Assembly (NCBI GenBank): GCA_963787445.1
Contig: CAWBCT010000013.1
Location: forward strand, 1-64,000
Direction: 5' to 3'
DNA length: 64,000 nt
Source of the DNA: an uncultured archaeon
GTDB lineage: Archaea; Micrarchaeota; Micrarchaeia; Micrarchaeales; CABMGC01
Shown: positions 49,612 through 59,666 of the stretch, one piece after another
Layout: every line of letters begins with the position of its first letter
Position numbering within the stretch: the first letter of the stretch is position 1
The notes under the pieces: generated by a model
The model's input: only the letters and a program-made list of their open reading frames with translations
Databases searched by the model: none
What the model was told of the DNA's origin: nothing
Translations under genes and position numbers: made by a program

Positions 49612-50073
49612 CTAACCCTTGATGATAAGCGCAGCCTTCTCTGGGTTGTACTTCCAGTCCTCCGGAAGCCTTCCCTCGCGCTTGTAATACTTTGTCAATC
49701 GCCATATCTTCGATTCGGTCCTCTGCAGGCTCGTTTTGTTGTGCATGTCCTTCTTGTTCGTCGCCAGGTGCTTTCTCAGCCCCACTGCCTTCTTCATGAG
49801 GTCGAGCATGTCCTGCGGGAACTCCTGTTTGAAGCCTTTCTCCTTCATCACCACGACCAGGCGCTTGCCCAGCGTGTTCTTTATGTAGTGAACGTTATCC
49901 TTGTCCTTCAGGTACTGCCCTATCAAAGTGGGTCCCAGCCCCTGCTTCATGTACTGGTCGATGGCCTTGCCGATCTCCTCCTTGCTCTTCGCTCCCTCGA
50001 TGGGGGTTATAGCGTCCAGCGCCGGCTTCCTAGACTTGGACTTGCCGTGCTTCTTCGTATGCATTCTTGCCAT
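49612..50073 (-). CDS. rps15: 30S ribosomal protein S15 (uS15)
   Basis: MARMHTKKHGKSKS, LQRTESKIWRLTKYYK. Confidence 0.97.
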   Translation of the reverse strand: MARMHTKKHGKSKSRKPALDAITPIEGAKSKEEIGKAIDQYMKQGLGPTLIGQYLKDKDNVHYIKNTLGKRLVVVMKEKGFKQEFPQDMLDLMKKAVGLRKHLATNKKDMHNKTSLQRTESKIWRLTKYYKREGRLPEDWKYNPEKAALIIKG

Positions 50074-50203
50074 TAGACCACAATATTTTGATACCGTCTT
50101 GAAATGTTAGATGAAAAAGACTAACCTAGTGCAATATCAAGCTATATATTGCTAAGGAATATTTATAAGGGTTATTGTTGGCAACTGCCCTCTAAAATAG
50201 GCC

Positions 50204-52552
50204 CTATTTCAGCACGCTAATCCTCAGTCCGGTCTCAGGAAGTTCGATCTCGCCTTTTCCTTTAGTGATCTTCTTTACTTTCATGGCGCCCTTGATATCC
50301 TCAAGCCCTTCTTTCAGGTCGCCCTCTATGGTCAGTTCTGAGAGATCCGCGTTAAGCGCCATCTTGTTGTCGTGCTTCCAGGACCTTACCGCAGAGATGA
50401 CCTTGCAGATCTTCTCGCCCTGCTCAATGGACTTTTCGTCCACCAGCTTCTTTTCGAATGCAGGCCAAGATGAGATATGTATCGAGCTCTTCCCTACCTC
50501 ATCCCTGTAAAGCTCCTGGTAGATCTCCTCGGTTATGTAGGGAATGAAAGGCGCGAACAGCTTCAGGAGGGTGAGAAAGACCTCATTGAGCGCGTAGTTC
50601 GCGCTGGTGTCCTTGTCATAGATCCGGTATTTGATGAACTCAAGGTAGTTGTCGCAGAAGAACCAGAAGAACTCCTCCACCACGCGCTTCGCGCCCGCGT
50701 AGTTGTACTGCTCGAACTCCTCGGTTGCCTGCTTCACCACCAGCCTCGCCCTGGAAAGTATCCACTTGTCCATGATATTTGTAGGAACCTTGTCCGTGCT
50801 CTTGTTGCTCGAGACAAACCTTGCCACGTTCCAGAGCTTGTTGACAAGCCTTGCCCCTGTGATTACATCCTTGTCCTGGAATGAGGCATCCTCCCCAAGC
50901 CTTGTCGAGCTTGCCCAATACCGAAGTGCGTCGGCTCCGTGTCTTTGGATTATCGGCATTGGCTCTACCGTATTGCCCTGCGACTTATGCATCGGCTTTC
51001 CATGCTGGTCAAGCCCATGGCCCGAGATGATTACATCTTTCCATGGGAGCTTGCCCGTGTGCAGGTAGGACTTTACAACCGTTGTGAAGAGCCAGAAGGA
51101 GATTATGTCGTGCGCCTGTGGCCTAAGCGACATCGGGAAGATCTCCATGCGCTCTCCCTCGAGGCCCCATCTTGCATTTATCAGCGGAGTTAACGATGAG
51201 GTAGCCCAGGTGTCCAGCACGTCCTGCTCAGGCACGTACTCGGTTGAACCACATTTGCCGCACTTCTTGCCCGGCTTTGAGCTCAGCGGGTTGACCGGCA
51301 GTTCTTTCTTGTCTGGGAAGATGGGCTCATCGCACTTCTTGCAATACCAGACCGGGAATGGGATTCCATAGTAGCGCTGCCTGGAGATCCCCCAATCCCA
51401 CTGCAGACCGTTGACCCAGTTATCGTAACGCACCTTCATGTGCTTCGGGGTCCAGTTGATCTGGCCGCCGAGCTCGAGAAGCTTGTCCTTCAGGTCGAGG
51501 TATTTTATGTACCACTGCTTCTTGACCAGGAACTCTATCTCTGTCTTGCAGCGTTCGTGAACATTAACATTGTGCTCAATCTCCTTTTCTGCTATCAAGA
51601 ACCCCTTCTCCTTGAGCTCTGTGATTATCGCCTCCCTGGCCTCTTTGATCTTCATCCCCTTGAAATGGGGGTCTAGCATCCGTCCGTGCCCATCAATGAT
51701 TATCTTGAGGGGGAGGTTGTATGCTTTGTACCATTCTATGTCGGTCAGGTCGCCGAAAGTGCAGCACATAACCACCCCCGTGCCCTTCTCCGGGTCTACG
51801 CGCCTGTCTGCAAGTATCGTAACTTCCTGCTCAAAGATCGGCACCTTCACCTTCTTTCCTACAAGCTTCGCATTCTTTTTATCATCCGGGTTGACGAAAA
51901 TGGCGACGCACGCCGGGAGCATCTCAGGCCTGGTCGTTGCTATCACCACGTCCTTCGAGAACTTCAACGTGACAAATTTTGACTTGAGTAGCTTATCCTC
52001 AAGTTCCATCTGCGAAAGCGAGGTTCCCTCCTTGGCGCACCAAATGGTGGGCGTCTCCTTTCTGTAGGCCCTGCCCATCTTGTTTAGCTCTAGGAATGAG
52101 TACTGGGAGATCTTCTGCACGTCCCTGCTTATCGTAGTGTAAAAGAACTGCCAATCGACAGAGACGCCGACCGTCTTCCAGATGTCAACGTACATCTTTT
52201 CATACTCCTTTATGCTGGTCTCCACCAGCTCAATGAACTTCTCGCGTCCCACCTTTTCCGCAGTCACATTGTTCTGCTTCTCAACAAGAATCTCCGTTGG
52301 CAGCCCATTGTTATCAAGGCCGAACGGATAGAAGACGCTGAAACCATTCATTCGCTTGTAACGAGCTATGAAGTCTGCCTGCGAATAGGAGAAAACGTGG
52401 CCAACGTGAATGAAACCTGAAACTGTCGGAGGCGGTGTGTCTATGGCATAGATCTCGCCGGCCTTCTTGCCCTTGAATTTGTAGATGCCCTCCTTCTCCC
52501 AGAACTCGCGTAGGCGCGGCTCCGCTTCCTTGGGGTCGTATCTATCCTGCAT
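50204..52552 (-). CDS. valS: Valine--tRNA ligase
   Basis: IDTPPPTVSGFIHVGH, GTGVVMCCTFGD, WGISRQR, PMHKSQGN. Confidence 0.97.
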   Translation of the reverse strand: MQDRYDPKEAEPRLREFWEKEGIYKFKGKKAGEIYAIDTPPPTVSGFIHVGHVFSYSQADFIARYKRMNGFSVFYPFGLDNNGLPTEILVEKQNNVTAEKVGREKFIELVETSIKEYEKMYVDIWKTVGVSVDWQFFYTTISRDVQKISQYSFLELNKMGRAYRKETPTIWCAKEGTSLSQMELEDKLLKSKFVTLKFSKDVVIATTRPEMLPACVAIFVNPDDKKNAKLVGKKVKVPIFEQEVTILADRRVDPEKGTGVVMCCTFGDLTDIEWYKAYNLPLKIIIDGHGRMLDPHFKGMKIKEAREAIITELKEKGFLIAEKEIEHNVNVHERCKTEIEFLVKKQWYIKYLDLKDKLLELGGQINWTPKHMKVRYDNWVNGLQWDWGISRQRYYGIPFPVWYCKKCDEPIFPDKKELPVNPLSSKPGKKCGKCGSTEYVPEQDVLDTWATSSLTPLINARWGLEGERMEIFPMSLRPQAHDIISFWLFTTVVKSYLHTGKLPWKDVIISGHGLDQHGKPMHKSQGNTVEPMPIIQRHGADALRYWASSTRLGEDASFQDKDVITGARLVNKLWNVARFVSSNKSTDKVPTNIMDKWILSRARLVVKQATEEFEQYNYAGAKRVVEEFFWFFCDNYLEFIKYRIYDKDTSANYALNEVFLTLLKLFAPFIPYITEEIYQELYRDEVGKSSIHISSWPAFEKKLVDEKSIEQGEKICKVISAVRSWKHDNKMALNADLSELTIEGDLKEGLEDIKGAMKVKKITKGKGEIELPETGLRISVLK

Positions 52553-52603
52553 GTTGTTCTATTAGCGGGAATATGTATAAAAGGATTAGGAATGCCGAGG
52601 AGT

Positions 52604-53317
52604 CTAGCCCCACATCTCTGCGAATATGTGCTTCTCGTCAACGCCCATGGAGATGAGCCCTGTCTTCAGTGCCTTCACGAATTCAGGCGGGCCGCAGATA
52701 TAGCTGACCCTGTCCTTCACATCCGGAACCTCACGAAGTATCATGTTCGTGTCAACGTGGCCCTTCTCTCCATTCCATCCGTCGCCATCGGCTGGCCTGG
52801 TCACCGTCACCACGGTCTTAACCCCGAGCTTCTGTTCTATCTCACCAAGCTCGTCCTTGTTGATAATTTCTGTGGGATACCTCACGCTGTACAGCATCCT
52901 GCCGTCAATCTTCTGGGCCTTCCTCTCTATGTTCCTGAGCATGGAGAGGAATGGCGCAAGCCCTGTGCCGCCTGCGAGGAAGAGGAATTTCTCTCCTGAG
53001 TTTATGTCAAACTTGAATTGTCCATACGGAGCCGAGACAGAGTAAACGTCACCAACTTTTGCTAACGCGAGCTTGCTGGTGAACTTTCCGCCTATCAGTG
53101 CAATAAGAAATTCAAGCGTGCTTGAAGGCGGGGCGTTGGCTATCGAGAATGCCCTGGCTATCTTTTCGCCTGTGGTAGGATCATTGTACTGCAGCATCGC
53201 GAACATCCCCGGGACGAAATCGATCTCAGTGCCGTCCTGCGCCCTGAAGGTGAACTCTGAGACCAGAGGCGTAAGCTTCTTGACTTCTGTAAGGATATAG
53301 GGCTTGTTGGTTATCAT
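52604..53317 (-). CDS. FAD/NAD(P)-binding oxidoreductase, ferredoxin-NADP reductase family
   Basis: RAFSIA, GKFTS, AGGTGLAPF, YICGPP. Confidence 0.92.
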   Translation of the reverse strand: MITNKPYILTEVKKLTPLVSEFTFRAQDGTEIDFVPGMFAMLQYNDPTTGEKIARAFSIANAPPSSTLEFLIALIGGKFTSKLALAKVGDVYSVSAPYGQFKFDINSGEKFLFLAGGTGLAPFLSMLRNIERKAQKIDGRMLYSVRYPTEIINKDELGEIEQKLGVKTVVTVTRPADGDGWNGEKGHVDTNMILREVPDVKDRVSYICGPPEFVKALKTGLISMGVDEKHIFAEMWG

Positions 53318-53337
53318 CGAAAAGCCTGCTTGGAGAG

Positions 53338-53673
53338 CTACTGGCTCTTCATGCTCGTCATGTTCTCTATGGCGCGCTCGTGCTTCTCCATCGCCTTCAC
53401 TATCTCCTTGAGCTTGGGGTTGATGTTGTAGCCGAGGTCGTAGCCGCGCTCTGTCCTGATGTGCGTAGGCTGAAGAACATTGAGTGTCATTGAAAGAGTT
53501 CTAAGGGTGAGTATGAGGGTCTTGCGCGTGAAGCTCTTTCCGAGCTCCAAATACAGCTCGCGCGTGGTTCTTGGCGACTTTATCATGAGGAGTTTCAACA
53601 CCGCATAGTTTGGCTTGCTCATCAGCTTTCGGATAAGCCAAATCTCATCATCATTCTTATCTCTCTTCGCCAT
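53338..53673 (-). CDS. Winged-helix DNA-binding protein (HxlR-like)
   Basis: Basic ORF with helix-turn-helix and wing pattern (PRTTRELY..TRKTL..TLR). Confidence 0.55.
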   Translation of the reverse strand: MAKRDKNDDEIWLIRKLMSKPNYAVLKLLMIKSPRTTRELYLELGKSFTRKTLILTLRTLSMTLNVLQPTHIRTERGYDLGYNINPKLKEIVKAMEKHERAIENMTSMKSQ

Positions 53674-53819
53674 CAATCTCCCAGTCTAATATGAACAAGT
53701 AAGTTTTATAAATACCTTTCCCTCGTTCTCCCCTCCACATCGCTACCGAATCCTAGCCTAATAGAAAGGTATAAAAAGAGTAATGGGTATTACATATACC
53801 AAAGTAATTTTCTGATACT

Positions 53820-55331
53820 ATGCTCCTAGCCAAATTACGTCGACAGATGCTTTTTCACTCTAACAAAAAGCAGGAAATGGTGAGTTCACAAAGATTGAGC
53901 TTCGAGATAGATACGCCCATCTCCGCGCCTCCTGTAAAATCCTTTACAATGGGCACATCCTGCACAATCGTGACTGCGCATGGCACAAATTTCTACAACG
54001 TAGGCGACCATCGCCTCTCAAGGCACGAGCACGAACTCCTGTCGCTTGCCAAATCTTCAGTCATAGAGGCGCTGGCCTCCCTTGATGTCCCGATCTCCAT
54101 GTCCCTGTTTGAGCAGGCACGGGCGATAGCGAACGCGCGCCTTGCGCAAAGCGCTGACCAGCCCACCGCTTCGTACCTTTCGTACCTGGTCGCGCACGAC
54201 ACCGTTGGCTTTGGCCCGATAAGCCTACTGATGGAGAACCGCTCTAACATGGAAGAGATAGAGATCAGCTCTCCCAGCGAGCCCATCTCCGTGTACCTGT
54301 CGGATTTTGGCCGCTGCAAGACAAACCTCTCTTTCAGGGATGAGCAGAGCTTCAGGCAGTACATCAATAAGTTCATCTATGAAAGCGAAAAGGAGCTAGG
54401 CGAAAACATGCCGATCATCGACGCCCAGGTCGGGGAAGCCCGGATTCACGCCCAGATAAGGCCCTATGCGGTCAACGGCGGTGCAGCCTCCATAAGGCTC
54501 GGGCGCGGCAAGCAGATGGGCGCGTACGCGCTTCTAAGGAGCTCGACGCTGTCCCCGGAGATTCTCGCCTACCTGTGGACGGCCCTGGACTCGTCAATGA
54601 ACTTTGTGATCTCCGGCGCTCCCGGGAGCGGGAAAACCACGCTGGTCCACGCGTTGGCGCAGTTCGTCCCGTGGCACAGCAAGCTGGTCACCATAGAGGA
54701 TGATGTCAACGAGCTGAAGCTGGACGGCCCGTCGATGAACACGGTGGCGCTCTACGGGTCCAAGTTCAGCGGGATAAGCGCCAAAGCCCAGGTGATAAAT
54801 GCGCTGAGGATGCGTCCGGACCGAATAGTGATAGGGGAGATAAGGGGCGAGGAGGCGTCGGAGCTGTTTTCCGGCGCAAACCTCGGGACGCCCTTCATGA
54901 CCACCATGCACAGCAGCGAGGAGCCCCTTGGGGTCATAAAGAAACTGCTTGTTAAGCCCATGCGGGTTGAGCCGGGCTCCCTGAGCATGCTTGACTTCTC
55001 GGTTTACATGAAGCAGCAGGACCTGAAGAACAGGACGGTAAACGGAATATCAGAATACAAATGGCTGAGCCGCGCCGAGACCGAGGAGGGGACCGTGGTC
55101 GGCGACTATGACCTGGTGAAACACAGCTGCATCGTTGAAGACTCAAAGCTCGCTTCAGGGTTCATGGAGGTCTCGAAGGTCATCGCTGCAAACGCCAGGA
55201 TAACTGGGCTTTCAGAGGCTGCAGCAAAGAAAGAGTTCGAAAGCCGGGTCTCCATAATCAAAAAGGCCCTATCGTCGTCCAAGAATGAGGATGAGTTCAG
55301 GCAAAACATATGGAAGGCATGGTACTCATGA
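53820..55331 (+). CDS. Type IV pilus / type II secretion assembly ATPase (CpaF/FlaI/VirB11 family)
   Basis: GAPGSGKTT, VTIED, ALRMRPDRIVIGEIRGEE, TTMH. Confidence 0.93.
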   Translation: MLLAKLRRQMLFHSNKKQEMVSSQRLSFEIDTPISAPPVKSFTMGTSCTIVTAHGTNFYNVGDHRLSRHEHELLSLAKSSVIEALASLDVPISMSLFEQARAIANARLAQSADQPTASYLSYLVAHDTVGFGPISLLMENRSNMEEIEISSPSEPISVYLSDFGRCKTNLSFRDEQSFRQYINKFIYESEKELGENMPIIDAQVGEARIHAQIRPYAVNGGAASIRLGRGKQMGAYALLRSSTLSPEILAYLWTALDSSMNFVISGAPGSGKTTLVHALAQFVPWHSKLVTIEDDVNELKLDGPSMNTVALYGSKFSGISAKAQVINALRMRPDRIVIGEIRGEEASELFSGANLGTPFMTTMHSSEEPLGVIKKLLVKPMRVEPGSLSMLDFSVYMKQQDLKNRTVNGISEYKWLSRAETEEGTVVGDYDLVKHSCIVEDSKLASGFMEVSKVIAANARITGLSEAAAKKEFESRVSIIKKALSSSKNEDEFRQNIWKAWYS

Positions 55332-56029
55332 ATAGATTATCGGTTCTGCATACTTCCTGTTTTGTGCTGCTCGGCTCCAGCATTTTTGCTGTTTCCACAA
55401 TAATGGCAGAAGGACTAACCCTCTCTTCGTCCCTGCTCGACCTACTCCTCTCCTTTTCCTCATCGTTCATAATCATCCTTTGCATAAGCATAATAGAAGA
55501 CGCGCAAAAATCAAAGGTCCTGGAAGAGGCCTTTGTAAATTGTCTGCGTTCCACCATTTTTTACAACTCTAACGGAACCCCGCTTGCCCATGCTCTCGAG
55601 CTTTCCCTGACCCCGTCCACCCCGAACCCCATAAAAAGCGAGATAAGACGCACCGCAAGCAGGATCCAACTCGGAATCGACAAACCCGAACTATTCATCT
55701 CCCCGAACCTTCTGAAGTTCTGTAACACCTTCAAAGTCTCTCCGGGCAGGGTCACCGATGTTGGAGGCCTTGGCGCGCTTCTGGAAGCCCACGACCTTCA
55801 TCTCAACGAGCAGCTCTCCTACATCGAGTCTTCAATCCAGAAGTTCGCCACGGCAAACATGTTTTTAGCGGTGATAGCACCATCGTTCATTCTTTTTGCA
55901 TTTATTGGCAACTCCATAATCTCCCAGGGCCAATCTGACCTGCGCTTGCTGTACGTTCTGCTTCTTGGCGTTATCCCGGCTCTGTACGCTCTCTCGAGCC
56001 TGCTCTTCTCAAGGCGAATAAATGCTTAA
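55328..56029 (+). CDS. Pilus platform membrane protein (TadB/C, GspF-like), divergent
   Basis: N-terminal TM helices, helical cytoplasmic domain, two C-terminal TM helices; ATGA overlap with the ATPase. Confidence 0.65.
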   Translation: MNRLSVLHTSCFVLLGSSIFAVSTIMAEGLTLSSSLLDLLLSFSSSFIIILCISIIEDAQKSKVLEEAFVNCLRSTIFYNSNGTPLAHALELSLTPSTPNPIKSEIRRTASRIQLGIDKPELFISPNLLKFCNTFKVSPGRVTDVGGLGALLEAHDLHLNEQLSYIESSIQKFATANMFLAVIAPSFILFAFIGNSIISQGQSDLRLLYVLLLGVIPALYALSSLLFSRRINA

Positions 56030-56777
56030 ACACGTGCCTGAACTGCTTTTTTGCGCCTTGGAAGTGGGTCTGCTTCTCGCTTACCTGTTTTGGGGCTTTG
56101 GTTTGCTGCTTTTCGCCCTGCTGGCAGTTGCAATATCGCACCTTCTTTGGAGGCGAAAGCAAAAAAGGCCCAATGAGGATTGGCTCTCATCCTACTGCCA
56201 CGTGTTAGGTGCCAAATACTCCGCCAGCGGTGCCCTGGTTCATAGCGTTGAAAAGGTTTGCTCAGATCTAGGCTCCTCTCCCTTTTCAGAGATTCCAAGA
56301 CGGTTCCGCCTTGGCGATGATGAACCTTCACGTAATTCGGCGCCCCCTGGCTTCACAAAAAGCTTGTACGAGATGCTTGGGTTCAGCATAAAAACCGGAA
56401 GATCGGTGCGATCATCGGTGGAAAAGCTGCATAGGAGCCTATTGCACGAGACCAAGTCGAAGAACCTGACTTCAGCCAAGGTGGGCACGATGAGCTCCAT
56501 AACCTACCTGGGCTTGGTCTTCTTCCTTCCGATGTTTGGTGCCGTAAGCTCGACCATCTTCTCCACCCTTTCAACATCGGCCGCAGCCTCAGCGGGCTCG
56601 GCCCAGAACCTGGCATTCGCCGTTTTGATCTACATAGCGCTGGGCCTTTACATAACCGCCTATGCCTATGGGGAGCGCAGGAGATTCTCAGAGATGACCT
56701 CTGCCATCCTGCCTCTACTTTCGGTAGCAGCCTTTGTGCTGTTCTTCACCTACACCTACATTTCCACTCTACTATGA
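56022..56777 (+). CDS. Second pilus platform membrane protein (TadB/C-like), divergent
   Basis: Same topology; SIKTG motif; operon context. Confidence 0.65.
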   Translation: MLKHVPELLFCALEVGLLLAYLFWGFGLLLFALLAVAISHLLWRRKQKRPNEDWLSSYCHVLGAKYSASGALVHSVEKVCSDLGSSPFSEIPRRFRLGDDEPSRNSAPPGFTKSLYEMLGFSIKTGRSVRSSVEKLHRSLLHETKSKNLTSAKVGTMSSITYLGLVFFLPMFGAVSSTIFSTLSTSAAASAGSAQNLAFAVLIYIALGLYITAYAYGERRRFSEMTSAILPLLSVAAFVLFFTYTYISTLL

Positions 56778-56786
56778 GGTAATAAT

Positions 56787-57086
56787 ATGAGAAATACGAG
56801 AAGAAATTGGAAGACAAGAACAAACATCGCAGTCCGTTGCGTGACCCGGCTCCTGGTGCCGCCCGAGGCGCGCTCGCTGCTCGCTGTGGCGAGCTCCAGG
56901 AAGGGGCAGGGCTCGCTGGAGTACATCATGATGGTGGCTGCCGCCAGCGTGGTGATCGTGATAGCCCTGGCGATGGTGGTGAAGCTGAAGGGTTCCGCCT
57001 CGAGCACGGTCTTGGTGAACGGGAACTCGATGAGCGTCTCCCAGGCCATTTCGACCGAGCTCGGGAACCTGACCAGCGGAGTCTGA
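56787..57086 (+). CDS. Pilin with class III signal peptide
   Basis: RKG|QGSLEYIMMVAAASVVIVIAL; GAGGTA SD. Confidence 0.85.
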   Translation: MRNTRRNWKTRTNIAVRCVTRLLVPPEARSLLAVASSRKGQGSLEYIMMVAAASVVIVIALAMVVKLKGSASSTVLVNGNSMSVSQAISTELGNLTSGV

Positions 57087-57106
57087 AAACAGCCAGCGGT
57101 GGAGAG

Positions 57107-57466
57107 ATGCATCTGCAGCTATCGGTAGAGTTTCTGATCTACCTCGCCATCTGCGGGGTAGCCCTTCTCGTCTCGGTAGCTGCGCTTTCCACCTACCTGC
57201 GCAGCCTCTCCGGCTCGAGCAGCGCCCAGGCGAACTCGACCTTTGCCTGGCTTCTCTCCTCTGCGGAGTACTCCGGCGTGAGCAACTTCAGCGCCTACGT
57301 CCCAAGCGGGATCTGCGCTTCAGGATCTCCCCCACAGCTGACTCCGGAGAACTCAGGCTATTACCTGCCCGAGGCCGTGGGGCTGGACAGGGCCTCCCTG
57401 TGCCCCTCCGGACGGAGCGAGCAGTTGACGCTGGAGGAGAGCAACGGGAGTGTGGTGCTTAGATGA
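57107..57466 (+). CDS. Minor pilin-like protein
   Basis: MHL|QLSVEFLIYLAI (QxSxE motif). Confidence 0.75.
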   Translation: MHLQLSVEFLIYLAICGVALLVSVAALSTYLRSLSGSSSAQANSTFAWLLSSAEYSGVSNFSAYVPSGICASGSPPQLTPENSGYYLPEAVGLDRASLCPSGRSEQLTLEESNGSVVLR

Positions 57467-57672
57467 GGCTCCAGATCAGCTTCGAGCTCCTGGTCTCGCT
57501 CTCCCTAGCGTTCGCCCTGATGTTCTACCTGGCCGGTGCGCTGCTGGGCCTTGCGCCACGGCTCAGCAACTTGCAGCAGAGCGCCTCATCCCAGGTCGCG
57601 AACTCCGTGAACCTGACGCAAAGCATGGCGCTCCAGGCCGGATGCTTCGAATCAAGCCAGGTGCCAGGATGA
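57463..57672 (+). CDS. Minor pilin-like protein
   Basis: MRL|QISFELLVSL; ATGA overlap. Confidence 0.75.
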   Translation: MRLQISFELLVSLSLAFALMFYLAGALLGLAPRLSNLQQSASSQVANSVNLTQSMALQAGCFESSQVPG

Positions 57673-58007
57673 GGGCCGTGCTGATCTCCCTTGACCTGCT
57701 GATCGCGCTTCCGATACTGTTCACCGCGATCACCCTCTTCCTGGTTTATTCCTACTCTTCGGTTGGGTACCTTTCCTCAAGCTCTTCGGGCGCCTCCGCC
57801 TTGTTTGAGCTTTATCTCCGGTCGGTCCCGTTTTACAACACGCTGAGCTCCTCGCTGGCGTACAACCAGAGTTCCGGCCTACTGTACTCCTCCCCGAACG
57901 AGAGCTTCGCACTCGAACCCCTTGCCATCATTAGCGGTTGCGGATCAGAGTACGCCTGCAGGATAGTTCCGGTGTCTGGAAAACTTGAGGTGTTGGTGGG
58001 AAGATGA
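57669..58007 (+). CDS. Minor pilin-like protein
   Basis: MRAVLISLDLLIALPIL hydrophobic N-helix; ATGA overlap. Confidence 0.65.
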   Translation: MRAVLISLDLLIALPILFTAITLFLVYSYSSVGYLSSSSSGASALFELYLRSVPFYNTLSSSLAYNQSSGLLYSSPNESFALEPLAIISGCGSEYACRIVPVSGKLEVLVGR

Positions 58008-59296
58008 ATAAAAGAATTCAGACGAGCATAGAATTCGTCATACTGCTCACGTGCGTCTCCACGCTTTCCCTCTCGGGGATACTTTTGTTTAAGAGCCTCG
58101 AGACGCAGGGCTCAAGCGCCGTGTCCGCGATTGCGAACAAGACCCTGACCGCCCAAACCAGGTCCTACGTCCCGGTGAGCACAGGATCGCCCTACCTGAA
58201 CATTTATTTTCCGGAAAACTCGACCCTCGGAACCCCAAACCGAATGCAGATAGACGCCTACGGCTGCGATAGCGGCCATGCGCAGATAAACATCTCATCA
58301 AACTCCCTCACCTTTTCAAGGACAAAGATAACCGCGAATCTTACCGGGATCTCTGTCGAAAATGTATCCTTCGAGCCGTTGCAGGCCGGGCCGGCGACAG
58401 GTTCTGTCACGTACACGATGAACTGCGGTTCCACGAATGACTCTGGTTCCTACCCCCTTTGGACATACGCGACCTACAGGCAGCAATCCCCCGGCCAGCA
58501 GGACGATTACGCGGTCATCACCGCAAGAAATGAGAGCCTACTCTACCGCCTGCTGAATCTGGGCGGAATCTACAACTTCACCACCTTCAACCACTGCACC
58601 TTTGTGAACTTTTGGACCGTCCCCTACAGCGCGGACAGGCAATGCTATTATGACACCGGAGCCTCGGATTATCTGGCATTTGATGGCAGTTGCCTGGCCC
58701 CAGACTACCCCTACAGCAGAGCCTACTGCGATGTTCCAGACCTTCTGAATTACAACATCAGCCAGCTCAACTCATCCTACTCTCTAGACTACTCGTTTAA
58801 GCTCACGCTTCAGACCGCCCTTGGGCTTGCCTCAGCAAACCTCACCTCGGCCTCCCAAAACTCTACGGTGTACTCAAACGGGCAGGCGATAGGCACTGCC
58901 AGCGTCTCAGAGTCCTACGCCCCTTCCTATCTGCCGCAGCAGATTATCGTGCAAGGGCCGGGCCAGGCCTACAGCTACGGAAACGCGACCGCCTACTCGC
59001 AGTATGAGCAGGCCTACGACAGCCTCAACGATCTTTTGCAGTTTTACAACAATGCCGAGATATCTGGAGACAGCCAGGCCAGCATACAAGTCTCGCTGTA
59101 CGCGGTCTCAACAAGCTCATCGGCTTTCCTGCGCTCGCTCACCGGCATAACCGGAAGTTCCTGCGAAGTCAATGGGGGAGTATACCGATGCCCTTCCAAG
59201 GTGCCGTTCACCTACCAGATAAACGTGAACCTGCCGGGCCTGGAAGGTCAAAACGAGTCGCTGAACTATGCGGGAACCCTGGTAAGGATAAATTAA
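58004..59296 (+). CDS. Large pilin-like protein, putative adhesin
   Basis: MNKRI|QTSIEFVILL; Ig-like, Cys-containing and sequon-rich extracellular part. Confidence 0.75.
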   Translation: MNKRIQTSIEFVILLTCVSTLSLSGILLFKSLETQGSSAVSAIANKTLTAQTRSYVPVSTGSPYLNIYFPENSTLGTPNRMQIDAYGCDSGHAQINISSNSLTFSRTKITANLTGISVENVSFEPLQAGPATGSVTYTMNCGSTNDSGSYPLWTYATYRQQSPGQQDDYAVITARNESLLYRLLNLGGIYNFTTFNHCTFVNFWTVPYSADRQCYYDTGASDYLAFDGSCLAPDYPYSRAYCDVPDLLNYNISQLNSSYSLDYSFKLTLQTALGLASANLTSASQNSTVYSNGQAIGTASVSESYAPSYLPQQIIVQGPGQAYSYGNATAYSQYEQAYDSLNDLLQFYNNAEISGDSQASIQVSLYAVSTSSSAFLRSLTGITGSSCEVNGGVYRCPSKVPFTYQINVNLPGLEGQNESLNYAGTLVRIN

Positions 59297-59303
59297 TGGT
59301 TTT

Positions 59304-59666
59304 ATGAAGGCACAATTTGCAACATTTGAAGCGCTTGCAGCAGCGTTCGTGATTACTTTGGCGATGGCTTCCGGATCGGCCATCATCGGCTCCTATGCCT
59401 CACGGCAGTACTACTCATCGGAGCACCTCCGCCTGGTGCTTGCCGAACATGACTTCGTGGAATCCTCGCTGGTTAACTATTCCTTGGACTCCTGCATACT
59501 CTCCTATGTGCAAAACAGGAGCAGCTGCATGGGCTATTATTCCTCCTATTTTTCCAAGCTCTATGGCCTGGGCCAGTTCAACATCTCGGCACCTGGAAAC
59601 TTTACCACTGGCGAAAGCTGCTTTCCGGTATTGAATTCGACCCGGCTCCTTTGTTTTGGTGATTGA
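59304..59666 (+). CDS. Minor pilin-like protein
   Basis: MKA|QFATFEALAAAFVI. Confidence 0.7.
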   Translation: MKAQFATFEALAAAFVITLAMASGSAIIGSYASRQYYSSEHLRLVLAEHDFVESSLVNYSLDSCILSYVQNRSSCMGYYSSYFSKLYGLGQFNISAPGNFTTGESCFPVLNSTRLLCFGD